DNA of 64,000 nucleotides from Eledone cirrhosa. Its lineage: Eukaryota. A program made the position numbers and the translations under genes. Below are positions 1 through 10,496 of the stretch, one piece after another; within the stretch, counting starts at the first letter, position 1, and every line of letters begins with the position of its first letter. Location of the stretch: assembly GCA_964016885.1 (NCBI GenBank), contig OZ024759.1:4464001-4528000 (forward strand). The letters run 5' to 3'. Below the pieces are notes generated by a model that saw nothing but the letters and a program-made list of their open reading frames with translations, did not search any database and had not been told where the DNA came from.

Positions 1-382
1 AATGTAAATGTTATGTGAGATATTATGTGAGGTAAAGCCTTTACTGTGAAAATACAATAGTATATATAGAGTAATGTAAATGCTAAAGAGTTAAAACATA
101 ACTTAACAAATGTTCTTACATAAAGTTAGGATAGAAGGTTTTAAGATAGTTATAAACATTTTATCATAAACTAAGATGCGTGGCTCTGTGTTTAGAGTAT
201 TCGCCTCACAATCGTAAGGTCATGAGTTTGTTTACCAGCGGAGTGTTGTGTCCTTGAGCAAGACACTTTATTTCATATTGTTCCAGTTCACTCAGCTGGC
301 AAAAATGAGTTGTACCTGTAATTCAAAGGGTCAGCCTTGTCACACTCTGTGACATGCTGAATCTCCCCGAGAGCTATGTTAA

Positions 383-603
383 CCCTTTAGCATTTAAACT
401 GGCCATATCCGGCCAGAATTCTCTCACCTCTTTCTGTTCAAACCAGCCATAACTGGCTGCTCATACTTATGTGAAGGTATTGTTCTCAAAATATATAATA
501 TCAAAATCTCATAGATTTGATATTATGTGAGATAATTATGTAAGATAAAGCCTTTACCACAAAAATGTAATATTAGATATGGAGTAATGTAAATGCTAAA
601 GGG
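383..603. mobile_element. piggyBac-like MITE, ~220 bp (other copies or pieces at 1-95, 3460-3893, 20090-20560 x2, 50610-50806, 53295-53499, 56700-56925, 61775-61994)
   Basis: TTAA|CCCTTTAGCATTTA...TAAATGCTAAAGGG|TTAA termini; this copy sits in the TTAA site of a SINE. Confidence 0.8.
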
Positions 604-834
604 CTAAGGGTATGCATGTCTGTGGAATACTAAGCCACTTGCACGTTAATTTCATGAGCAGGCTGTTCCAGTAATAGTGTCAACTGGAACACTCATTGTT
701 GTAACCGACAGTGCCAGTTCAAGTTCAAGGGGTAGAGTTGATTCAGACAGTTTGGTATCCAAACAGTTAAACAATTAGGAACATGTGTGTTTCATGCCAT
801 TTATAAATAAATGTCTTTAGGTGACATTCTAGAA

Positions 835-1715
835 CAGAAGTTCTCAAACTTTTTGGGGCCATCGCCCCCCACAGGGCCTTGTAATACCCTCTAAAACGCC
901 ACACCTATTTCCAGAGAGACCTACCTACAAGCAAATTGTAAATAATATAAAAAAAAGGAACGATGGACTTTCGTCAAATCGGACCGAGGAAACAATGTTT
1001 CCGTTGGTCTTTCCAATTGCTAATACTATCTATCGGTCGCAACTCCAGGTAGAAGGAGCAACGTGAAATAAAGTAAATAATATATAATACATAAAATGGT
1101 TGATATATAATAAATAATTCTTTCTACTTTTGGCACAAGGCCAGCAATTACTCCAGTATATTACTGGTACTGTATTTTATCGACCAAGTAAAGGTGAAAG
1201 CAAAATTAACCTAGGAGGGATTTAAAGTCAGATCATAAGGGGCCGTAACTCTATGCTGCAAAGCATGGTGTCCTACCTTCTATAATATATCGACAGTCGA
1301 TCAACTTCCATCAAATTGGACCACGGAATCAATGCTTCCATTGGTCTTTCCAATTGCTTGGCAGTTCTTTACCCAGCTGTCATCCACCATGCGCATCACA
1401 TGTCCATACCAACACAGTCTTCTCTCCCACACACTACAACTTATCCCTCTTATACACAGTTTCTCTCTCAACTCGTCTATACTTTGTCGTTCACATACAT
1501 TGACATCACACATGCAACAGCATATACTTGCTTCATTTCTATCCACTATATAATATATACTATGTATCAATAAATATCATATACTTTTTTATTTTACTAT
1601 ATTTATATATAAAATTTATCATTTGATATTTGATATACTATTATATCCTCTCCACCCCCATCCTTAAGCCCCAGCACCCCTCTTGGGGCAGTAGCACCCA
1701 CTTTGAGAACCTCTG
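835..1715. mobile_element. Non-autonomous hAT (Charlie-type) element carrying nested SINE and LINE pieces
   Basis: TIRs CAGAAGTTCTCAAA / TTTGAGAACCTCTG; 8-bp TSD ttctagaa / ttctagag. Confidence 0.75.
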
Positions 1716-1794
1716 TTCTAGAGGGAAGTGAAATTGTAAAGTGTAACAGGCAAGAAGACAACATTTTTCCAAACAAACAAAAAAACCAACTTAC

Positions 1795-2052
1795 TATCAA
1801 TATAGTTATAATATATCCTTAGTTGGGAAATATCGTATGTTTGTCTGAGTTCAAGAGTCCACAATGATCTTGGAGAGCTCATTGTATGAGAACAAGATCT
1901 GTGTTGTGGGTTTTGATCGAAGTTACCATCTTCAGCCAGGTTAGCTGACATTGAGTACATTTCATTGCGACAAACATTGTTTTTCATTAGAATTACACTG
2001 CTTGTTTTGTCTGTCGTGGTTTGTGTAGCTACTTTACCAATAGCTATATTTC
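1795..2052 (-). CDS. Host gene exon, N-terminal half of an F-type lectin (fucolectin/F5-8 type C-like) domain
   Basis: Acceptor ttttcag, donor gtaagt; 258 bp, phase 1-1; NIAIGKVATQ...ANLAEDGN...CSHT...LWTLEL..YDISQLRIY matches the F-type lectin pattern NxAxGKxAxQ..AVDGN..CxHT..WWxVDL. Confidence 0.85.
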
Positions 2053-2221
2053 CTGAAAAAGAATGAAAGAAAATTTAATGAAAGTCAATTACTATGAAAT
2101 GAAATGGATCTCAGTCAGTTGAAACGATGATTGATCCAGTGGGAAAAGACAAATTGTTTTCTATATACTAAACTTTTGAAATATCTTTTACGTTATCTCT
2201 AAATTATTCCATATTTCCAGT

Positions 2222-2500
2222 AGAGGCATGTGGCCTAGTGTTAAGTGTGTTGGACTTACCATCATAATGTCATGGGTTCGATTTCTGGGGTGGGTTGTGT
2301 GTTGTGTTCTTGAGCAAAACACTTCATTTCACGTTGCTCCAGTATACTCTGCTGAAAATGAGCACCAACAATAGCTGTGGAGGGTGTAACCCTGCAATGG
2401 ACTGATGTCCTGTCCAGGAGGAAGTCTTGTACTCACAGTCGCTTTATGCCATGAAACCAGGATAAGCATTGGCCTAATGAGCCTTCAGGCTTGAGACAGT
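2222..2500 (+). mobile_element. tRNA-headed SINE family B (also ~177-715, 15105-15300, 32220-32530, 46050-46530, 54335-54935, 55040-55270, 60900-61550)
   Basis: A box tggc.tagtggtt, B box ggttcga, core gttgtgtccttgagcaagacactttatttcac. Confidence 0.8.
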
Positions 2501-2680
2501 ATAGTCCTATACGAACGAGACACGGTCACCCGACCAATCTTGCCTCAATTGGGACAACTCCCGACTAACCCATGCTAGCATGGAAGATAGATGTAAACGA
2601 TGATGATGATGATGATATAGCAACCTCAGCCTCAACAGTGACAGCAACAACAACGGCATGATAATTAGAAATCTACTTAC

Positions 2681-2824
2681 TATAGGTTTTTACTTGGCAA
2701 TCCGGTCCGGTCCATCCTTCTTCACAGCCATATGGGCAAGCCCCAGTTTGTTGATGGCAGTCAGCATCGTTTAAACAATGGCATTGCTTGTTACAAGTAT
2801 ATCCATACCATTGAGATGCACAAC
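2681..2824 (-). CDS. Host gene exon, EGF-like repeat (GCASQWYGYTCNKQCHCLNDADCHQQTGACPYGCEEGWTGPDCQVKTY)
   Basis: Acceptor ttttaacatag, donor gtaagt; 144 bp, phase 1-1, 8 Cys. Confidence 0.92.
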
Positions 2825-2889
2825 CTATGTTAAAAGTTAGAATTTATCACACTGATGGACTACATTTCCACAGTTCTCTCTCATCTACA

Positions 2890-3793
2890 GTTAATTGTTT
2901 CTACTATTTGGCACAAGGTACCAGTAATACACAGGGGTAATTGCTGAATTACCTCAGTGCATTACTGGTGCTTTATTTTATTGACCCGCCCCCCCCCCCC
3001 ATAAGAATGAAAGGCAAACCTTGGCGGGTTTGAAAGCAAAACGTAAAGGGCCATAACTCTATGCTGCAAAGCATGGTGTCTGACACTCTACGGATTACTG
3101 CCAATCCAATAATAATAATTGTTTCTACTTTTGGCACAAGGCCAGTCAGCAATTACCTCCAGTGCATTACTGGTACTTTATTTTATCGACCTCCGTAAGA
3201 ATGAAAGGCAAAGCTAACTTCAGCAGGATTTGAACTCAGAACGTAAAGGGCCATAATTCTATGCTGCAAAACATGGTGTCTGATGCTCTACGGATTACTG
3301 CCAGTCCAATCCAGCAATTACCCCAGTGCATTACTGGTACTTTATTTTATCGACCCCTGTAAGGATGAAAGGCAAAGTTAACCTCGGCGGGATTTGAACT
3401 CAGAACATAAAGGGCCGTAAACATGATGTCTGACACTCTACCGATTACTGCCAGTCTTACATAATTATCTCACCTAATATTATGGTCTGAGTTCAAATCC
3501 CGTCGAGGATAACTTTGCCATTCATCCTTACGGGGGTCGATAAAATAAAGTACCAGTAATACACTGGGGTAATTGCTGGCCTTGTGCCCCCAAAAGTAGA
3601 AACATAATATTGAATATATTAGATTTTGATATTATCTATTTTGAGAACATTATCTTAACATTAATAAGGGCGGTGGGTTGGCAGTATCGGTGGAGGGTCG
3701 GACGCCATGCTTTCCAGCATAGAGTTACGGCCCTTTACGATCTGAGTAATGCACTGGGTAATTGCTGGCCTTGTGCCTAAAGTAGAAACAATT
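2890..3793. mobile_element. Cluster of SINE family A (also ~1113-1280, 33240-33410, 33895-34082, 49347-49530, 54605-54760, 56098-56365, 56515-56700, 61020-61212)
   Basis: Shared gagttcaaatcccgccgaggttaactttgcctttcatccttacggggtcgataaaataaagtaccag body with a B-box-like gttcaaat. Confidence 0.8.
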
Positions 3794-3950
3794 ATCTTAA
3801 CATGAATATGAACGGCTGGTTACAGCCAGTTTGAACAGAAAGAGGTGAGAGAATTCTGGCCAGATACAGTCGCTTTAAATGCTAAAGGGTTAACAGTCAC
3901 AGTTTGTAGAGATTAACAACTAAAGTTTGAATGAATAAAGATCAACAGAC

Positions 3951-4100
3951 CTGATAATGATAATGTTTCGATACAGGTACCCTCTCCTTTTATAGAAATA
4001 GACCAAGCGTTTACATCCCCTGAACAGCTCAAAGGTCTGGTTGTACATATTGATGTACAAAAGGGTTCCTTATTTTTGCCAAAAAATACTGAAACTGTCT
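3951..4100 (-). CDS. Probable host gene exon (ETVSVFFGKNKEPFCTSICTTRPLSCSGDVNAWSISIKGEGTCIETLSLS), domain unassigned
   Basis: Acceptor ttctcatttcag, donor cag|gtctgt; 150 bp, phase 1-1, open and in phase with the next EGF exon; non-repetitive island. Confidence 0.55.
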
Positions 4101-4115
4101 CTGAAATGAGAAGTG

Positions 4116-4149
<34 letters not shown>

Positions 4150-4173
<24 letters not shown>

Positions 4174-6443
4174 ACGGAGGAAATGTGGTAAGGAACCAGG
4201 TGGACCATAATGCACCAAAGTACTCAATACTTAGGGTAGTAGAGTGGGTAATAGGAACGAGTAGGACCCCGACGGCTGAGCTCAAGCCGTTTCGACGGCT
4301 AATTCTGGACTAAATGAACATTTTTATCCTGGTATTTGAATAGCCGAGCTTCTAAAGGGGTAATTCCATATATGGTAAAAGTGATTGTCACGAGGATTGG
4401 TCAAAAGTTTGTTGTTGAGACATAATAATTCTATGATGGCAATTTGTGGAGGGAAGGGGTAGCTGAACCTGCCAGTAGGAGAAAGAGGGAGAGGAGGTGG
4501 AGGAGACCCAGTCATGCGTTGATAGTGCCGACTACAGCTGGGCATGAGGTCAAAGAGGATACTAGGGAGGGGGAGGGGGAGGAAGTCGAAACAATTAGTA
4601 AAACAATTAGTAAAACAATATGGGGTAAATATATAGAAAAATACCGAGAGTGTTAAAAAGCAATTAAATGTAAAAAAAAAAAAAATAAACAATTTCTGGT
4701 TACTACGACCTAAGTCTCTCACTGGCACTGCTAGGCTAAAGAAAGGTTTACTAGGTGGGACGGAATTATAATGAGACCCTTTTAAGAGGTATAAGTAATA
4801 AACCAAGTATATCTTACGGTGACGGGTCAACAAGTGAGGGGTCAAAATACTAAAGAAACTACCACGAAATAATAAATAAAGGTTTCTACCCCAGGCACAA
4901 GGCCAGCAACCACCCAGTGCAAAAAGTAAACTAATACGAAATAATAATTCAGAGTCCTGAAAAAGAATACTAATACTATCTCTAAGGGTGCCGCCACGAT
5001 ACAAAAGTTCTAGTGCAAACTACATAAAAGCTCGTACGAAGTAAAATTTGATACGGAAAATTAGTTCAGAATCCCCCCCCCCCCCCAAAAAAAAAAAATA
5101 CTGATATATGAGAAATTAAAGCAAAGATACCACTAAGAAATATAGAAAGCACGGAAAAGGGGCAGCGGTCGGATAAGGAGGCAAGTATCCGGGGTCTAAC
5201 ACATCTGCTATAAAAAGCGGAGTCGGCCAAATCTATCATAGAATAGGGGTAGGGGGTGGGGGTAGTGAAACTACAAAGGACCGAGGGGCTGCCTCGGGTG
5301 GGCGAGAAAATGAAAAGGACGACAACAAAGAAAGAGGACTGGGGTGGAAGGACTAGGGAGGGATGGGGGGAAGAAGGAAATATAGAGGAAGCGATAAAAA
5401 GATATAAAAGATCTTACGTCTACCGTACCTTTGCAAGCAGGGGTTACCCATTACAAAATCGGCAAGTGGGGTGTTATAGCCCTAGTCTCCCCTCCCCGGG
5501 TCATTATGGGGTTTGAGGGCGAGGTAAGTCCTACGCAATCTATGTTTACATGCAGTAACCAGTCCATCTTTCATTTGTAAAGTTTCCTCCGAGCATAAAT
5601 TGCACGGACGGCGTCCTCCCGTGTAAGAGTTGGCTCTGGACAGTAAGCTCCAAGTGAGATCATAGGTAATGTTGTTATCCTTGAGGTCCCATATGTGGCC
5701 CGAAAGTGTAGTGGCGTGACGCCGGGCCGGGTTTCGGAAGGTATTCCTGTGTTGGTATAGCCGGGTCTTGCGGTTAATCCTATATAAGCTTTGTTGGAGG
5801 TGTCCGTCCTCACGTTGCACTGGTAGATCACATTACGATCTCTGCATCTGTTGTCGAGGGGGAAAATGGATCCATCAGGACAGTTGCACCTCCTGGTCAG
5901 CTCTCCACTGCTATTTAGGTTATTTTTTCCATAGGGGTTGAGTTTTTTGTTGTTAGAGGAGACGATATTTTGTGCAAAGTTTGGTGTGGTGCTGTAAGAG
6001 AGTTTAATGGTATTTTTGTTAATTACGTTGTGGTAGCGGTGTTGTAGTGGGAAGTGTTTTTCAATGAGCCTAAAGAAGATTTTCCCGATAGGAGTTGTCA
6101 CCTCGGCGTTGTGGGGAGGATTGAACTGGTTACTGCATGTAAACACAGATTGCGTAGGACTTACCTCGCCCTAAAACCCCATAATGACCCGTGGGGTAGA
6201 CTAGGGCTATAACACCCCACTTGCCGATTTTGTAATGGGTAACCCCTGCTTGCAAAGGTAGACGTAAGATCTTTTATATCTTTTTATCGCTTCCTCTATA
6301 TTTCCTTCTTCTCCCCATCCCTCCCTAGTCCTTCCACCCCAGTCCTCTTTCTTTGTCGTCGTCCTTTTCATTTTCTCGCCCACCCGAGGCAGCCCCTCGG
6401 TCCTTTGTAGCTTCAGTAGCCCCACCCCCTTCCCCTATTCTAT
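4150..6443 (-). mobile_element. 5'-truncated Penelope-like element: frameshifted C-terminal GIY-YIG ORF, long 3' UTR, inverted terminal segment
   Basis: FNPP...KHFP...KLSYS..PN..CNC..NVIYQC..YIGLT..LSGHIWDLK..CNLC..CKHR; 5238-5563 is inverted at 6126-6443; (TA)n flanks. Confidence 0.85.
4266..4361 (-). ncRNA. Type I hammerhead ribozyme motif, U3-A8 family, core mutated (UUUAGAA), probably inactive
   Basis: acccc-TTTAGAA-long stem II-GAAA-cggct(tgagctc)agccg-TC-ggggt; lies in the Penelope 3' UTR. Confidence 0.6.
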
Positions 6444-6608
6444 ATATATATATATATATGTGTGGAAAAAATGAAACAAAATTTCATTTCTCACTCTTAG
6501 TGCGGCTGTTACTTAAATATAAAGTATGTATACATACATACATATATGTATACAGACGTACAGTAGTATATATACATGCACACATATATATATGTACGTA
6601 TGGCACTC

Positions 6609-9600
6609 AATGACAATGTCACAGATTAAGACAAATTCACCTCCTGCTGCAAGACGAGAATACAAGGACCCCTCTTTATTTCAGACACAGATGACCAACA
6701 AAATCCCGTCTCCCACACCCCTCCCTGCCCCTCCAACCCATCCATCCCACCCTCCCAACTTAGAGTTGGTACCATGAACGTAGGCACATTGAAAGGTCGC
6801 TCAAATGAGGTTGTAGAGATGCTTGAACGTAAAGAAATTGATGTTTGTTGTATTCAAGAGACTAGGTGGAGAGGGGGATCTGCCAGATTCATCGTGGGTA
6901 AAAAACGATGCTATAAACTTTTCTGGGTGGGAAATGACAACGGACAGGGTAGTGTAGGAATTATGTTAGCTGAAAAATGGGTAGATAAGGTAATTGACGT
7001 AAATATAGTGAATGACAGAATAATTAAATTAAGACTAGTTCTAAATAGAATTACTGTGACAATAATATCTGCTTATGCACCCCAATCTGGTCTCCCTGAT
7101 GTTATAAAGGACAGGTTCTATGAGATGCTAATGCACACTACCTCCCAAATAACCGACAGCGACTACTTAATTATTGCTAGCGATCTAAACAGTCGCGTTG
7201 GACAACATAGTGATGGCTATGATGGAATTCATGGAGGCTATGGGGTTGGAAATAGAAATGAGAAGGGTTTCAGAATCCTGGAATTCTGTGATGCAAATAG
7301 CCTAACTATATGTAACACAAACTTCAAAAAACGTGAAAACCACTTGATCACCTATAGATCAGGGGAACACGCCAGCCAGATAGATTATATCCTTACTAGA
7401 AGACGGGACAAAATGTCTGTTGTAAACTCTAAATCCCTCCCCCGTGAAGAATGCCCCTCCCAACATCGCCTAGTAGTTAGTGACCTCATAGCCAGGAATA
7501 GACGTACTCGACGACAGAGGAGGCCTACCTTGAGGAGAAGAATATGGAAGTTGAAGGACCCCATAGCCAGTGACAAATTTAAAAGCTTATTATTTGTTGC
7601 CTTTGACAATAAGGAAGAGCAATTAGAGACGTGCAATAGAGAGGAACAGTGGCAATCCTTGAAAGTGAACCTGCTGAAAGCAACGGATGAAATCTGTGGC
7701 TGGAGCAGACCTATTGGCAGGAGGAGAGTAACTTGGTGGTGGAACAGTGAGGTGGAAGAGACAATCAAGGGCAAAAAGCAGGCTTGGAAAGAATGGCAGG
7801 ATGGGGGGCGTAGAGAGCACTATCAAGTGGCCAGGAGAGAAGCTAGGAGACAAGTGTACCTTGCAAAAAGGGTAGCAGAGGATAGAAAGTTCAAGCATGT
7901 TCTGCAACGTGAGGACCAAAAACGTGAGGTGTTCAGGATTGCTAGACAATGTGTCAAGGAAAACCGTGATATTGTCGGGGAGAAGTGTGTCCGTAATGAT
8001 AATGGTGTACTTGCGCTCACTGATACTGATAAGCCTGGAAGAGGCACTACGAGAGACTATTAAATGAGAAGAATAAATGGGAAAAAGATAGTCTGCCCCA
8101 AATCGATCCAATGGTGCAAGGTAAAGGTAGTATAATAAGTAAGGCAATCAAAGATATGAAGACAGGCAAGGCAGCTGGGCCTTTGGAGGTAGTTGCTGAG
8201 ATGCCTTCAACATCTGGTATGGCGGGACACACTATGGTCACACGTATAGTTAACCAAGTAATACAGAATGGAGTCATACCGAAAGACTGGCGTAGCAGCA
8301 TCATCATTAACTGCTACAAGGGTAAAGGGGATGCTCTAGATAGGGGAAACTATAGAGGCATTAAGTTAGTTGACCAGGTCATGAAGGTCACAGAAAGAGT
8401 AATAGCGCAACTAATCAGAGAGCGAATTGATCTAGATGAAATGCAGTTTGGGTTTGTGTCAGGTAAAAGTACCACAGACGCTCTTTTCCTTGTACAACTA
8501 CAAGAGAAGTACCTAGCTAAAAGTAAACCCCTCTACTTAGCTTTTGTAGACCTGGAGAAAACTTTTGACAGAGTCCCCCGCTCCATTATCTGGTGGGCTC
8601 TTAGAAAACTAGATGTAGATGAATGGCTGGTGAGAGCTATACAAGCTATGTATAATGAAACAGTCAGTAAGGTTAGAATTAACAATGAATATTGTGAAGA
8701 ATTTAGTGTAAAAGTTGGCGTTCATCAAGGCTCTGTCCTTAGCCCCCTCTTATTTATTATTGCCCTTCAGGCTATAACAGAGGAGTTCAAGACCCGCTGC
8801 CCATGAGAACTCCTATACGCAGATGATCTAACGCTCATAGTTGAATCAATGGCTGAACTAGAGAAGAAATTCGAAACATGGAAGCATGGCCTAGAATCAA
8901 AAGGCCTTAAAGTTAACTTGTCTAAGACTAAAGTTCTAGTTTGTAGAAAGGAAAATAGGGCACAGGTGCCCTCAAGGAAATGGCTATGCTCAGTGTGTAG
9001 GAAAGGAGTAGGCAGAAATTCCATTTTATGTCCCAAATGCAAAGTATGGGTACATAAAAGATGTAGTGGGATCACAGGTAAACTATCTCAGAACGTAGAC
9101 TTTATATGTGGCCAATGCTCAGGTGCAATAAGTAGCAAGTGTCCAAAGGATACTAGCTCCTTCCATTGCCCAGATGGTTCTATAGAAATAGTAGACACTT
9201 TCCGTTACCTGGGTGACGAAATCAACGTGGTGGAGGGTGTTCTGAAAGTACAGTAGCCAGAGTCAGAACGGGATGGAAAAAGTTCAGAGAGCTTATACCG
9301 TTGTTGGCCACAAAAGGTTTCTCTCTAAAAATGAAAGGCAGATTGTATGATGCCTGTTTCTCTCTAAAAATGAAAGGCAGATTGGTATGGCCATGTGATG
9401 CGCATTAAAGACGACAGTTGTATAAAAAAAGTGCAGGGCGATCAAAATTGATGGTAGTTACGGAGTAGGTAAACCCAGAAAAACCTGGGATGATCTGATA
9501 AATTCCGACCTTACATACTTACATCTCTCTAAGACAATGTCTCTGGACCGAGATCTTTGGTGCTATGCAGTAATACAGAAGACCCGCCTTGCCTATGTAC

Positions 9601-9963
9601 AAAACGAAACCTACAGTCAGTAGGCACCTCTTAACCAAATATACACCCCAATCTACTACCCCTACCCTATCCTCCCACTCCCACCAACAGCATGAGAAAA
9701 TGAAATCGAGTTCGTGTAGGTGTCACGGGAAAGAAAAAAAAAACACACAGTCCACGCTGTAATGTGGTCGTGTAGGTAACATGGTAAAAAGTTCCCAGTT
9801 CCACACTGTAAATGTGGTTGGTGTTAGGAAGGGCATCCAGCCGTAGAAAACCTGCCAGATAGTTCTATATGAGTGAGACACGGTCACCCGACCAGCCTTG
9901 CCTCAACTCCCGTCTAACCCATGCTAGCGTGGAAAATGGACGTTAAACGAAGATGATGATGAT
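6609..9963 (+). mobile_element. RTE-clade LINE (AP endonuclease, RT, PHD-like finger), near full length, disrupted
   Basis: NVGTL..IQETRW..SAYAPQ..SQIDYIL..SQHRLV; GVHQGSVLSP, YADD; frameshifts and a stop; (GAT)n tail. Confidence 0.95.
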
Positions 9964-9967
9964 ATAT

Positions 9968-10430
9968 ATAGGAAAATGTATGACCTCGACAGTAGAGCTC
10001 AAGCCGTTTCGACGGCTATTTCTGGACTAAATTAGAATTTTTAGCCTGGTAAATAAATAGCCGAACTTTTCAAGGGGTACTTCCTTATATGGGAAGATTG
10101 TAGCTGTCAAGAGGATTGGTCAAAAATTCCTGGTAAACACAATTAAGTCTATCATGGCAGTGGGTGGGAGGTGGGGATGGCTGAACTTGCCTGTAGAGCA
10201 AAGAGGGAGTGGGTGGAGCCGGTCAAGCGTTGAAAGTGAAATCTAAACAGCAAATTCTAAGGATTGTGTAAGAAAGTAGGCCAACTTTCATACTTTCCAC
10301 CATAGCGATTAAACTGCATACCCTGCTTTCCAGGTTACCCTTTGCCACTGATATATATATATTTATATATTGAGTACTCTGGTGCATTATGGTCCTTCTG
10401 GTTCCTTACCACACCTCCTTTGTTATATAT
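9968..10430 (-). mobile_element. Second Penelope-family 3' UTR fragment with an inverted terminal piece
   Basis: 9980-10230 resembles 4262-4530; 10366-10428 is the reverse complement of 4150-4230. Confidence 0.65.
9983..10078 (-). ncRNA. Type I hammerhead ribozyme motif, core UUGAAAA (U3-A8), extended stem II
   Basis: acccc-TTGAAAA-G..cggctattt/aaatagccg..C-GAAA-cgg..ctg-TC-gaggt; GUC cleavage triplet at 9990-9988. Confidence 0.65.
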
Positions 10431-10496
10431 ATACAACGGCGGCGAAGATTGGAAACCGAATCTGAGCTTTCCCACCTCTGGGACAAGCCATGGTAA

